Below, piece after piece: positions 40,301 to 49,621 of a DNA stretch of 64,000 nt. The DNA comes from Candidatus Hydrogenedentota bacterium (GTDB lineage Bacteria; Hydrogenedentota; Hydrogenedentia; Hydrogenedentales; SLHB01): positions 1,696,001 to 1,760,000 of the forward strand of contig CAXXYE010000009.1 of the NCBI GenBank assembly GCA_963674865.2, given 5' to 3'. How positions within the stretch are numbered: the stretch's first letter is position 1; every line of letters begins with the position of its first letter. The translations under genes were made by a program, and so were the position numbers. Under the pieces are notes generated by a model that had not been told where the DNA came from, did not search any database, and saw only the letters and a program-made list of their open reading frames with translations.

Positions 40301-40752
40301 TCCTCGAAGGCTTTCTCGATGATCCCGAGTTGAAAGCCGACGTGGAGAACGCCATCGGGCGGCTCAAGAATTCCAAGCTCGAGCCATCCGCTTCGCACGG
40401 CGTTGGCTCCGTGGGATTCGCCATCGACGGCAACATCGAAACGCGCTGGAGCACCGGCGAACACCAGCACGACGGCATCTGGTTTGTGCTCGACCTGGGA
40501 TGGGAAAACTGGGTGAGCGGATTGGTGTTGGACACTACGCCTTCGGCGGGAGACTATCCCCGCGGCTATGCCGTGTATGTCGCCAACAATTTGGACAACA
40601 TGGGCGCGCCCGTGGCCACCGGAAAAGGGACGGAGGCCGTTACCGAGATTTCTTTCAAGCCCGTAGCGGGCCGGTTCATCAAGATCGTCCAGACAGGCTC
40701 GACGAATGATCCTTGGTGGTCCATCCACGAGCTAACCGTCAAGAAGAACTAG
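37372..40752 (+). CDS. secreted ThuA-like + HEAT-repeat + F5/8 type C (discoidin) protein
   Basis: GIHAATD, DEIY, GRVFYCSLGH; HEAT repeats; AIDG...TRWST...DLG...DYPRGY...WWSIHE; ATG after a GGGAGAGG RBS. Confidence 0.88.
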   Translation: MITAVYHVEGRRPSALEVWPESAVPGGMRPESTCKSFCLNAESTRAPLSGGFLAAPLVAVLVSLALAAGCLLFSGPSSAQEADEVQKMASAMPKAPRVAPAEPRKLLVFTLCKGYAHSSIPYAAKALEIMGKQTGAFTAVVSDDVGMFAPEKLRAFDAVCMDNTTGELFDDPALKQSLLDFVKGGKGIVGIHAATDCFYNWAEYGEMMGGYFDGHPWGAGDTVGVKLDDPAHPVNAAFKGRGFRVKDEIYQFKAPYSRDELRVLLSIDAANSDMTKKGIKRTDGDFAVAWVRSYGAGRVFYCSLGHNHEIFWNPPILQHYLDGIQFALGDLEADMAPSAVLPDTHFVESKASLEQQILAQAFRDIARCRYGEEPQDFAIIEEHVIASRDVPATRRQLAAQLTRVLASGASSAGRLFAAKQLWRIGAAEDVPPLAKLLTDPAKAETARYALERIPGPEATSALLAALPNVYGSVRAGVVDSLGERRDSAAVPALEWLVGNADAASATAALAALAKIGGDEALAILSKVAMEGPARLRPAAADAYLRCADSLLAEGATVKAAAIYREVFDQRGLPGLRPAAFRGLVMAAEDKADLVIGVLHGDDPELRVVAVTVAREIPCEFATVAFARELPALDTDVQALMLGVLADRPRVGAAMGAAVRAARVRVPRVRCAALVALGSIGDASTVPLLAEAAATAMEEEADIARASLAVLKDDPKSGLGTIDDAIAARLGEAPVAERVELVSALAARLANADYLWEWIPKEQDASVRAAAYDALLEVASGMKVETLPKLVAFLIRESDDAAREKAEAALTALALEIPAESDAAGPSPEGFVQVEDEDTRSKAVRDGWRSARGNAPARCALVRVLGELGGSKALKTVRTASKSRNDEIKATAVHVLAQWATADALPDLERIAKTSKDEELRALALRGYLRVAGLPNERPAAEQLKLYERAIALAQSTEEKKRVVAALASVPDPRVLEVLEGFLDDPELKADVENAIGRLKNSKLEPSASHGVGSVGFAIDGNIETRWSTGEHQHDGIWFVLDLGWENWVSGLVLDTTPSAGDYPRGYAVYVANNLDNMGAPVATGKGTEAVTEISFKPVAGRFIKIVQTGSTNDPWWSIHELTVKKN
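37417..37543 (-). mobile_element. 123-bp MITE family, copy B, inserted in frame in a CDS
   Basis: CTGG direct repeats at 37417-37420 and 37540-37543; same length as copy C. Confidence 0.85.
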
Positions 40753-40875
40753 GGGCGTAGCCGGAAAGCCACCAGATAATGGAGACTGAGCATTTTGGGT
40801 GTTGACATGGAAAGACTTACAAACGCTTTCTGGCCGCATCCCTCCAGGAACCACGCTTTCTGGCCGGATATCTAG
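40749..40875 (+). mobile_element. 123-bp MITE family, copy C, inserted at the TAG stop codon
   Basis: CTAG direct repeats at 40749-40752 and 40872-40875; imperfect TIRs with GCC(G/A)GAAAG core. Confidence 0.85.
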
Positions 40876-40887
40876 CAAGGGCCGGCA

Positions 40888-41598
40888 TTGCACCTATCGC
40901 TCATCATACCCGCCTACAACGAGGAGAAGCGTATCGGCGATACGCTCCGCCGCGTCGTCGAGTACCTCGCCGAGCAGTCCTTCGACTCGGAGATTCTCCT
41001 GGTGGACGACGGCAGCCAGGACAAGACGCGCGAAGTCGTCGAGCGAGAGTTCCCCGATGTCCGAATCATCTCGTATCAGGAGAACCGCGGGAAGGGCCAC
41101 GCCGTGCGCACGGGCATGCTCGAAGGCAAAGGGGATATTCGCTTCTTCTTCGACGCCGACGGCTCGACGCCCATCGAGGATCTGGCCAAGTTCTGGCCAT
41201 TCTTCGACGCGGGCACCGCGGTAGTCATCGGCTCCCGGGCGCTGCCGGAGTCTCGGATCGATGTGCACCAGCCTTGGTATCGCGAATCCATGGGGCGGGT
41301 CTTCAACCTCTTCCTGAGGCTCTTCCGGCTCACGCGTTTCCCCGATACCCAGTGCGGATGCAAAGGCTTCACTGCCGAGGCCTGCCGCGTCGTGTTCCCG
41401 CGCCAAACCATCGAGCGGTGGTGCTTCGATGCCGAGCTGCTCCACATCGCCCACAAACACGGACTGCGCATCGAGCAGGTGCCCGTCTCCTGGGCGCACG
41501 TCGGCCAATCACGCGTCCAACTCTTCAGCGGCTCGGCACGGATGCTCCTCGACCTGATCATGATTCGCCTCAAAGACCTCGCCGGGAAATACGCGTAG
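40888..41598 (+). CDS. GT2 glycosyltransferase (dolichyl-phosphate beta-glucosyltransferase-like)
   Basis: IIPAYNEE, VDDGS, NRGKG, DADGST, DTQCG.K, FDAELL. Confidence 0.92.
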   Translation: MHLSLIIPAYNEEKRIGDTLRRVVEYLAEQSFDSEILLVDDGSQDKTREVVEREFPDVRIISYQENRGKGHAVRTGMLEGKGDIRFFFDADGSTPIEDLAKFWPFFDAGTAVVIGSRALPESRIDVHQPWYRESMGRVFNLFLRLFRLTRFPDTQCGCKGFTAEACRVVFPRQTIERWCFDAELLHIAHKHGLRIEQVPVSWAHVGQSRVQLFSGSARMLLDLIMIRLKDLAGKYA

Positions 41599-41710
41599 CG
41601 CCCACCTTTGCTGCCGCAAGCAAGCGGAATCCCTGTGGGCAGCGGCGTGTTCTGCATAGGCAGACGGCAGAAACGCCCAAATCAGGTGATTCAGGGGAGA
41701 ATGCGGCTGT

Positions 41711-42745
41711 ATGAAGACTATTCGCGTTGGATTCGTGGGACTGGGCGGCATCTGCCGGCACCGGCACGTGCCCGGCCTTGAGCGCATCGAGGACGTCGAA
41801 CTGGCGGCTGTGGCGAACCGCTCCCCCGAGTCGAGCCGCCGGGCGGCGGACGAGTTCGGCATTCCCATCGTGTGCGATTCGTGGCAAGACCTGGTGGCGC
41901 GGGACGACCTCGACGCGGTGGTCATCGGCACGTGGCCCTACATGCACCGCCCCGTGAGCCTGGCCGCTTTCGCTGCGGGCAAACACGTGTTCTGCCAGGC
42001 GCGGATGGCGATGGACCTCGCCGAAGCGGAGGAGATGGCCGCGGCCGCAAAGGCGTCCGGCCTCGTGGCCATGCTCTGTCCTGTACCCATCGGACTGCGT
42101 GTGGATGCGGCCATTGCGCGGCTGCTTCGGGAAGACTTTCTGGGTGAGGTGCGCCTCGTGCGCGTGCAGAGCTTCTCCGATGCCTACGCCGATTCCTCGG
42201 CGGCCATTGACTGGCGGAAAGATCACCGGCTGTCCGGCCTCAACATGGGGACCCTCGGCATGTACATCGAGGTCATCCACCGATGGTTTGGCTGGACGCG
42301 CGCGGTGTCGGCCCATACGCAAACCTTCGTGGCCGAGCGGACGGATGAAACCGGAGCGCAGGTCGCCGTGGCGATTCCCGATCAGATCCTGTTCAATGCC
42401 GCCATGGACGCAGGCTTCCCCGTCCAATACGTCATCAGCACGGCCGTGCATCACGGCAAAGACGGCATCGAGATTTACGGCAGCAAAGGCACGCTGCGAT
42501 ACGACGTCGCCGAGGACGTGCTCTACGGCGCGCCCGCGGGCGGCGAGATGAACGCCCTGCCCATCGCCCCGGAGGACGCCTACGACCTCGAGCACTGGCG
42601 CGTCGAGCGGGACTTCATCGACGCCATCCGCGAGGGGAAGGAATACCACCCCAACTTCGAAGACGGCCGCCGCTACATGCAAGTCGTCCAGGCCGTCTAC
42701 GACTCCGCCGCCGAAGGACGAACGATCACCTTTAGCCGAGCGTGA
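41711..42745 (+). CDS. Gfo/Idh/MocA oxidoreductase
   Basis: GFVGLGG Rossmann motif, DAVVIGTWPYMH, GKHVFCQARMA. Confidence 0.9.
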   Translation: MKTIRVGFVGLGGICRHRHVPGLERIEDVELAAVANRSPESSRRAADEFGIPIVCDSWQDLVARDDLDAVVIGTWPYMHRPVSLAAFAAGKHVFCQARMAMDLAEAEEMAAAAKASGLVAMLCPVPIGLRVDAAIARLLREDFLGEVRLVRVQSFSDAYADSSAAIDWRKDHRLSGLNMGTLGMYIEVIHRWFGWTRAVSAHTQTFVAERTDETGAQVAVAIPDQILFNAAMDAGFPVQYVISTAVHHGKDGIEIYGSKGTLRYDVAEDVLYGAPAGGEMNALPIAPEDAYDLEHWRVERDFIDAIREGKEYHPNFEDGRRYMQVVQAVYDSAAEGRTITFSRA

Positions 42746-42782
42746 GCGCAACGAGCCCGCGGGCCCTGTCCCACCCCATCCG

Positions 42783-43040
42783 TAGCCCCGAAGGGGCGAT
42801 GCCTTGACCCTACCCTTAGCCCCGCAGAGGCGATACCTTGTCCCTTTTGTTAGCCCCGTAGGGGCGATAGCACATCCCCCAGCCTGAACGTCGCAGCCCT
42901 CGAACACGCCGCCTCTCCTACGCCATCGCGCACGTCCATCCGGCGCCCCGCAGGGGTGGCCGTATGTAGCCGTGGGTGAGCAAAGCGAACCCACGGACAC
43001 GAGACTCCAACAACCACGTAGCCCGAAGGGGTGATAGCGC
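42783..43040. repeat. REP hairpin cluster downstream of the Y1 transposase
   Basis: Repeated AGCCCC-GNA-GGGGCGA hairpins and CCGTGGG...CCCACGG. Confidence 0.75.
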
Positions 43041-43047
43041 CTTTGCC

Positions 43048-43500
43048 TCACACCCAAATACGCTCCTCGTCGAAATCGACGCCGTGGGCCTTGAGGAGCG
43101 CCCTGAATTCCTCCTTGAAGTCCGCCTTGCGGTGATGGCGCTCCTGATTGCGAACGTAGGCCTTGACCTTGTCCGATTGCGAATGGCTCACCGTAAACGC
43201 GCCAAAACCATCCTGCCAACGAAAATCCGACATTCCCCCGATGTTCTTGTGTACCCACCCGGACGATGCGCTCTTGATATCCCGCACCAAATCGGAAACC
43301 GAACCATCGGGCCGCCACCGCAGAACGAGATGCACGTGATCGGCCGTGCCGCCGATTTCGTAGAGGACCCCGCCCTGTTTTCGAATCGTTCCGCCGATGT
43401 AGTCGTAAAGACGCGGACGCAATTCATCGGAAATGAACGGCCTACGGCTCTTCGTACTGAACACCACGTGATACTGGAGATTCGTGAACGTTCCACCCAC
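43048..43500 (-). mobile_element. tnpA: IS200-like Y1 HUH transposase flanked by REPs (RAYT-like)
   Basis: YHVVFSTK, DHVH, K..SS.W, WQDGFGAFTVS, YV.NQ..HH; no tnpB. Confidence 0.92.
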
Positions 43501-43526
43501 GATCCGCTCTCCTCTCAATCGCGTCC

Positions 43527-43625
43527 ACCCCTTCGGGGCTCTCGCTAGGGCGGGCCGGTTCCCGTGGGCTCGCTCCGCTCACCCACGGCTACATGCGGCC
43601 GCCCCTTCGGGGCCACCCGATCCCC
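43527..43625. repeat. REP hairpin cluster upstream of the Y1 transposase, inverted relative to the other flank
   Basis: CCCTTCGGGG hairpins and CCCGTGGG...CCCACGGCTACAT. Confidence 0.72.
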
Positions 43626-43923
43626 CTCGGCGTGACCCCGACTGCCTCCTGTAGGGCGAGCGCCACCGTCGAAGATTGAAGCGTGGAGACTCGTCCTATT
43701 GACATGATGGACATGACCAATAGATTGAGACGAGGGGAGTCCTGGTTGCAAGGCACGGGTCCATCAACGTGATCTTCGCCACCACAGTGCCCTCCCAAGC
43801 ACTTGGATTATGTGCTGCGCTTTCCCGAACCTGTCTGCAACTCGTCGGCCCTCACGCATCTGCTCTATGATCCCGCAGCTTCCGAATCATGTGGCGTTCA
43901 CGGGCCTCACGTGACGATTGGCT

Positions 43924-44694
43924 CTACGGGCCCTGGTACGGTGCCCAGCGCGCCGCATTGTCCAGCTTCCCGGCGTCGTCAAAGTCACTTGCCGTTTCCA
44001 CTAAGGTCCACTTGCCCGGCGTTTCCGAGCACGCCCTTACAAATTCCTTTCCGAATTCGGTGAGGTAGAAAGCAGAATTGCTGAACACCCAAGACGAGAT
44101 GCGGCCCACAGCTGCGCCGGTTCTAGGTTTTCTCTCGACGATAATCTGTCGTGAAAGGTTGCACAAAGACATGTCAACGACCCTAAAATCAAGGGCAAGT
44201 GACGCCACAAGTCCCTCAATTGTAATCTCTGTACCTGGGTGCGCCTGTACCATCTCGGCCATCTGTTCAACGACCAGGCAATCCACCGGTGTCAGCTCTT
44301 CTAAGACCGCTCCGAAGCAGCGTCGCATCTGAACGCTAGAACTCGGATCCATAGCATTTGCCAACAGCCGCGCCCAGCGCTCCTGAAGCGTTGAATCGTC
44401 TTAGAGTGTGGCGGCTTCGAGGAATGGAATAGCCAACCGCAACGGGATGGCCTCTGGGTGTTCTAACTTGCGCCGCGCGAGTTCATTGTTGAGTTTGTCC
44501 TGTAGTGCCAAGGCATTCTTGGCTCTCCAGTAGTAGAGCTTGTCCTTCAGTAGCCCCGCCGCGTCTTCACCCAGAATCCTCGCCAGAAACGTCAGCGCCT
44601 TGTCGGCCAACTTGATGGCGCTCTGAGTGGCGTCCCCAATGCTCTTGCCTGCGTCTGCGACGCTCTGAATGGTTCGGTTCGGGTCTTCCGTCAT
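43924..44694 (-). pseudogene. Abi-alpha (DUF4393)-like gene interrupted by an in-frame TAA
   Basis: ...IPLRLAIPFLEAATL*DDSTLQERWARLLANAMDP...; both ORFs are in the same frame; stop at 44401-44403. Confidence 0.7.
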
Positions 44695-44883
44695 GGCGCC
44701 TCCCTCCTTGTTTCAACCCTTGGTCAAACGCAGCGAGCTTGCTCCGTGACGCCCCGTCCAAGGCAAACCTTCCCTTCCCGAGAACTTGCCAAGTCTTTTT
44801 CCGGGCCTTCCAGAACGTGGCAATGACGGTTTAGCGCGGTCCTCTATAGGAAACGCCACACACCGTGCTGCTCCTACCACGTC

Positions 44884-45678
44884 CTAAGGGCCAGAGAGTT
44901 CGTCGACAACCTTACGAATTCCTCTCGCGATGTCCGCGTATGCCTGATCCCAACTCTGCCAGGCCGTGACTGGTTTCCCATGTCGGGGCAAAGCCTGGAA
45001 TTTGCCAAACGGCGCGTTGTGCCAATCACAGTCGCGGACAATAATGGGTATGATTCTCGCCTCCCCGCTACGGTGCCGCTCAAGTGCCCGTTTCATTTCA
45101 ACGTCCCAGCAATACTCGGAGGCAATGAAATCGGCGCTGATCAGAAGCAGGATGATGTCAGCCGAATCAAGATGGTTGTCTATCTCGCCGCGCCAGTCAT
45201 CGCCCGCGCCAATTCTACGAAAGTTCCATGGGAGTATTTTCCCCTGTCTACGAAGCAGGCTCAGATGGTTCTCAAGCTGTTCCAGATGTTCTTCGTCCTT
45301 CGTAGAGAGGGCAATGAAGACGCCGAAGGCTTTGGCACGCTCGCCTGGTATCGATGCCTTGCTCTGCGGCACTGGATGCTGCGCTTCGGCTTCAATCTGC
45401 GGCCCTAGATGCGATTCAATCTCCTCATCAAGGAACAACTCATATCCGATGTCGCTCAACCTAGCCCGCAGTGTATCTGGTGGGTTGACTTCGATTATTC
45501 CCTTGCTCTCGAGAAAGCCAACGTGCTTCGAGCGAAATTCCCCTTCATCGAGGCTAAGAAGTTTGGCTACAGGAGCAAGGTCAACGAACGCGAAGCCTGT
45601 TTCCATGGAGGGGCTTGCCTTTGCGTCCAGGTACTTGACGATGCGTAGGCGAATTTCAATATCGTTCATTGGCTCCAC
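44884..45678 (-). CDS. TIR-domain protein with an N-terminal winged-helix-like domain
   Basis: IGAGDDW, ADIILLLISADFIASEYC...EM..AL, IIPII...CDW...PFG. Confidence 0.88.
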   Translation of the reverse strand: MEPMNDIEIRLRIVKYLDAKASPSMETGFAFVDLAPVAKLLSLDEGEFRSKHVGFLESKGIIEVNPPDTLRARLSDIGYELFLDEEIESHLGPQIEAEAQHPVPQSKASIPGERAKAFGVFIALSTKDEEHLEQLENHLSLLRRQGKILPWNFRRIGAGDDWRGEIDNHLDSADIILLLISADFIASEYCWDVEMKRALERHRSGEARIIPIIVRDCDWHNAPFGKFQALPRHGKPVTAWQSWDQAYADIARGIRKVVDELSGP

Positions 45679-46076
45679 CTGCTTTCACCTTCATTCTTCT
45701 TGGGCGAGACTCACATTTCTCAAGAAGGCCGAACGCGTGAGCCCTCGCGCGCCCTTATCAGGCCATACATCATCATCGTAGCCTTTGAAGGATTTGTCAT
45801 GTCGAGTATCCAAAGGCACGTTGTCGAAACGGTGCGCGAAAGACGGGGCCACGATTGCTCTTGCGCCTCGCGGCCTGACAGGATTTCCGCTTGCGCGGGA
45901 AGGATGGTCGCCAGAGAAGGGATAGCCCCGTCTCGTCCTTCTGAGTCGGACTCACCTGCATCGGCTTCTCTCTTGCCGTGCCTTCCCAGCCAACGCTTCC
46001 CGACACAATCATAGCCCATCGGGGCGATGCACACAACTAGTGCGGTCATTGGGCCATGGCGTTGAGCTGGCCTTTT

Positions 46077-48965
46077 CTACCGCCCCTCGATTTCAAGGTA
46101 CACGTCTTCGAGGAGGCCGGAGGGGAGGTCCTTGTCGGGGCCTTGGAACAGGTTGGCCGCGGTGTTGGCGACTTTGAGGACGAATAGGTTGGGCCCGGCG
46201 CAAACGAGGTCGCTCACGTCGACGCGATAGGGAGGCCACGGACGCACGCCGGCGACCCGGCCGTTGGCTTCCACCTCGAGGAGATGGCCTACATTGCCGG
46301 CTTCGAGAGAGATGCGTTTGCCGATGACCTCCGGTGGCACCTCAAAGTCGGTGCAATACATCCCGGTGCCGGAGAAGTAGGGGAAGCCTTGCTCCTCCCA
46401 CGGCCCGGGCCGGATGCCGCGCACGGGGACGAGATGCGGCGGGTCGGCGTCCGGGTCGATGGCGAAGTCCCCGGCCACCCAGGCGTATTCTTCGATGCCG
46501 GGCTGCGGGAACCAGCCGTGGCTTCGCACGGCGATGGTGATGCTGTGTGTGCACGGCTCGAGGCGGCCGAGGGATAGCACGAGGAAACTCGGATCGAACT
46601 CCCAGGGCAGCTCCTCCGTCAAGGGCTCGCCGTCCAGCAATACCGCCGCCTTGGTATCCTTGGCCACGATGGAGCGCGCCATGGGCGGGACGCCGACGGG
46701 CTCGCGGTGGACGCCGTCCAGGATAATCCGCATGTTGGCGAGGTACTCGGACAGGGCGAAGCGCGTCGTATAGCGGAGTTCGGTGGCGTAGTGGAAGGTG
46801 CGGACGGTGAAGTCCCAATCGCGCAGCGGAAGAAAGTTGCCGTTTTCCGGCGTGAAGGCCCACGTGTCGCAGAGCTTCAGTCTGCGGCCGGGGGCGAACT
46901 CGATGCGGGGCGTCTCCACCGCCGGGCGGGCGGTGTCCACCACGAGCAGACAGGAACCCACCGGGGCGAAATCCAGGGGGACTTCCAGGCGGCCTTCGAC
47001 AACCTGCGCGCCCGGCGCATCGCGCTGCTCGCCGGTTTCCGCGTCCCAGAAGGCCGCGCGGCCCACGGCTTCGAGCGACGCCGTCGCGGACACGGGCGCG
47101 TCGGATGTGTTGGCGAAGAAGAAGATCTCATTGCTTTCCTTGCGCCGATGGAGGTAGTAGACATCCGGCGCGCCGTCGAGGACAACGTCCGGCGTGATAC
47201 TCGCCAAGGCCGCGGCCAGATCTTCTGCAGAGCCCGTCTCGATGGCGGTGACGCCGGGCATTTCCGCGAGACGAACCTCCGCGGGCCGGTGCGCATCGGA
47301 CTGGGCCTTCGTTTGCAGCACGCGCACGGGCTCCGCCGTGAGGCTGACGACGGGGCATTGCGAAGCCACCCGGCGCAGCGCCGCGAGGGCGTCATCGCGA
47401 ATCGACGTGAGCTTAGGCACGACGAGGGCCTCGAACTCTAGCCCCTTCACGCGGAATCGCCCGCCGCGCGCCTTCGCCTTGGCAAAGCTCTCCTCGTCGA
47501 GGATGACGAAGTCGCGATGAAGCGCCAGCAGTGCCTCGCCGAGTGGGGCGAAGGTATCTTCCATCTCCTGGACGGCCCGAGGCGCCGTATCTCCCGGGAC
47601 ATAGTCCGCCCACACCGACGACATCGGATAGAACACGGCGATCTTCGCCACGTGCTCGCCGCCGGTAGTCATGGCCGTCACCCGCGCGGTGTAGTCGGCG
47701 AAGTGCTTGTAGTAAGGCCAGTAGGGGGCCTGGTAGAACTCCGAAGGCGGCGAGTCCTTCTTGCGGTGTCCCGCGATGGAATAGTAGAAGGCGTGAGGCA
47801 TGATGTAGTTGATGCCGTTCGCCATCTGCCAATCCGCCATCCACTTCATCTCGCGCAGTGAGAGCCGCCACCCGCTCTCGCCGAACGTCTCCGTCATGGT
47901 GCGCTCGCGGCCTGCAAGCAGCGCGGCGGACGCGACGAGCTTCGGCGCCATGGCCTGCTGTGAGCCTTTGCCGATGCGCAGGTTGAGGTGGTCCATGCCC
48001 GGCATGTCCAGGTGCTTTAGGTGGTTGAAGATGTTCCCCACGCAGCGGAACTGGAAAAGCAGAGGCTCCTCGCCGAGGACATGGCCCGTCAGCGGGATAC
48101 CGCGCTTCCCGCACCAGCGGGCGATGGGCTTGAAGAAGGCGTTCTCGAAGAGCGACGTCGCAACATCCCAGTAATCGTATCGAACCTGAGCGCCGCCGCC
48201 CTCTTGGCCGAAGAACTCGGGCAGGCGATCGAGCAAGTCGTAATGCTTGGTGCGGCGAAATGCCTCCGGAAACGCGGCCGTCCACGGGACGCGCGAGCGA
48301 TCGTCAGGATACGTCATAAAGGCGGCCTCATCCGTGAAAATGCCGGCGAGGCCCGTATCCCGCAGGTCGCCCAGACGCTCCTCATGGCGGTCGTAGCTCG
48401 CCTTGATGAAGGCCCTGCACGCGCGCTTACTGAGCACATCCAGATAGGACGGATACCAGAGGATGCCCTGGCACTCGAACTTCTCCGCCTTCGCGATGCG
48501 CCAAGAGCCGGCGGCAACATCCCACGACCGCCCCTCGACGCGGCGGAGGGATTCACCGGGCCGGCCCACGTAGGCCGACACCACGTCAGGCCCGAAATCC
48601 ACCGTGGCGGGTCCCTCGACCGCCTCCTCAACCAGGTGCAGGAAATTGAGCCGGTTGGCCGGATCCGCGATGGCCTCGCCCGCCGCCGGGCCGCTCGGCC
48701 AGTTTTTCTCGTCGTAGGCCCAGGCCATCATGCCGAGGCCCCGCGCCTTTTCGCAGCAAAAGCGGACGGCCGCGAACCACGCGTCGGAGAAATACGGCGT
48801 TGTCAGGCCGTGGCGCGCATGCATGACGAATCCGCCGAGTCCCTTCTCATGCATCTGCTCGATCTGCATATCGAGCCTGTCACGGCTAAGTTCATGGTTC
48901 CAGAACCAGAACGCGGCCTGGCGGAATGGTGGGGGAGGGTCGCGAAAAAGGTCGTGGAGTTGCAT
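46077..48965 (-). CDS. glycoside hydrolase, GH106 (alpha-L-rhamnosidase)-like
   Basis: FWFWN, HAR.GL, YDE..WPSG, FTDE, LTGH, PGMD, TETFG, GIN..HAFYYS. Confidence 0.82.
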   Translation of the reverse strand: MQLHDLFRDPPPPFRQAAFWFWNHELSRDRLDMQIEQMHEKGLGGFVMHARHGLTTPYFSDAWFAAVRFCCEKARGLGMMAWAYDEKNWPSGPAAGEAIADPANRLNFLHLVEEAVEGPATVDFGPDVVSAYVGRPGESLRRVEGRSWDVAAGSWRIAKAEKFECQGILWYPSYLDVLSKRACRAFIKASYDRHEERLGDLRDTGLAGIFTDEAAFMTYPDDRSRVPWTAAFPEAFRRTKHYDLLDRLPEFFGQEGGGAQVRYDYWDVATSLFENAFFKPIARWCGKRGIPLTGHVLGEEPLLFQFRCVGNIFNHLKHLDMPGMDHLNLRIGKGSQQAMAPKLVASAALLAGRERTMTETFGESGWRLSLREMKWMADWQMANGINYIMPHAFYYSIAGHRKKDSPPSEFYQAPYWPYYKHFADYTARVTAMTTGGEHVAKIAVFYPMSSVWADYVPGDTAPRAVQEMEDTFAPLGEALLALHRDFVILDEESFAKAKARGGRFRVKGLEFEALVVPKLTSIRDDALAALRRVASQCPVVSLTAEPVRVLQTKAQSDAHRPAEVRLAEMPGVTAIETGSAEDLAAALASITPDVVLDGAPDVYYLHRRKESNEIFFFANTSDAPVSATASLEAVGRAAFWDAETGEQRDAPGAQVVEGRLEVPLDFAPVGSCLLVVDTARPAVETPRIEFAPGRRLKLCDTWAFTPENGNFLPLRDWDFTVRTFHYATELRYTTRFALSEYLANMRIILDGVHREPVGVPPMARSIVAKDTKAAVLLDGEPLTEELPWEFDPSFLVLSLGRLEPCTHSITIAVRSHGWFPQPGIEEYAWVAGDFAIDPDADPPHLVPVRGIRPGPWEEQGFPYFSGTGMYCTDFEVPPEVIGKRISLEAGNVGHLLEVEANGRVAGVRPWPPYRVDVSDLVCAGPNLFVLKVANTAANLFQGPDKDLPSGLLEDVYLEIEGR

Positions 48966-49057
48966 TGGGCGCCCCTACATCTTGATGCGTGTTGCCGGCC
49001 CAGCGTAATGCAAGGCACAGTTCACGTCAAGGGGCGAGAAGACGAGCGTGTGCCGAC

Positions 49058-49567
49058 TTAGCGCTGGACCCAGCGAAGGAGGCGATACGCGGCGACGGCC
49101 TTGAGGATATCGCCGGGGATGAAGGGCAAGACGCCCAAAGCCACCGCCTGCCACGGGGAGCAGTGCAGCCACACAGCAAGCCACGTGGCGCCAAAGAGCC
49201 AGATGGCCACCGTAGCGCAAAGGATGCCGGTGGCGGGATTGCGGAAGCGTGTGGCCACGTAAGGCGTCATAGCAAAAGCGACCAGGTAGCCGAAGGTGGG
49301 GCCGTAGGCCGCGAACAACGGCACGCCGAATAGTCCGAGCGCGATATACAAGAGGATGCCCGCAAAGGCGCGCGTCCGCCCGACGGTAAATGCCGCCAAG
49401 AGCACCGGGACGGTTTGCAGCGTGAGCGGGATGGGCGAGAAGGGCAGCGGAATACGCACCAGCGCCCCGACGGCCATCGCTCCGGCCACCGCAAGCACGG
49501 CGAAAAGGGCCGATTCACGGCGCTGCGTGGCTTCCCAAGGTGTATGGAGTACATTCTCGTATCGCAT
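49058..49567 (-). CDS. bioY: biotin ECF transporter substrate component
   Basis: PFSPIPLTLQT, LGLFGVPLFA, GPTFGYL, PFIPGDILK. Confidence 0.93.
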   Translation of the reverse strand: MRYENVLHTPWEATQRRESALFAVLAVAGAMAVGALVRIPLPFSPIPLTLQTVPVLLAAFTVGRTRAFAGILLYIALGLFGVPLFAAYGPTFGYLVAFAMTPYVATRFRNPATGILCATVAIWLFGATWLAVWLHCSPWQAVALGVLPFIPGDILKAVAAYRLLRWVQR

Positions 49568-49621
49568 GGGCCGGGAGTATACCTTGGCCGTCGCGCCGGT
49601 TCAACTACTTCCACAACGGGC

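Noticed and set aside
41570..43318. 582-aa minus-strand ORF and similar long antisense ORFs (e.g. 52726-54222, 59998-61248)
   Set aside because: Shadow frames of real genes in GC-rich DNA with no recognisable motifs
45720..46049. Possible GIY-YIG remnant near a single CCCGCGCAAGCGGAAATCC REP-like hairpin
   Set aside because: Similarity too weak to support
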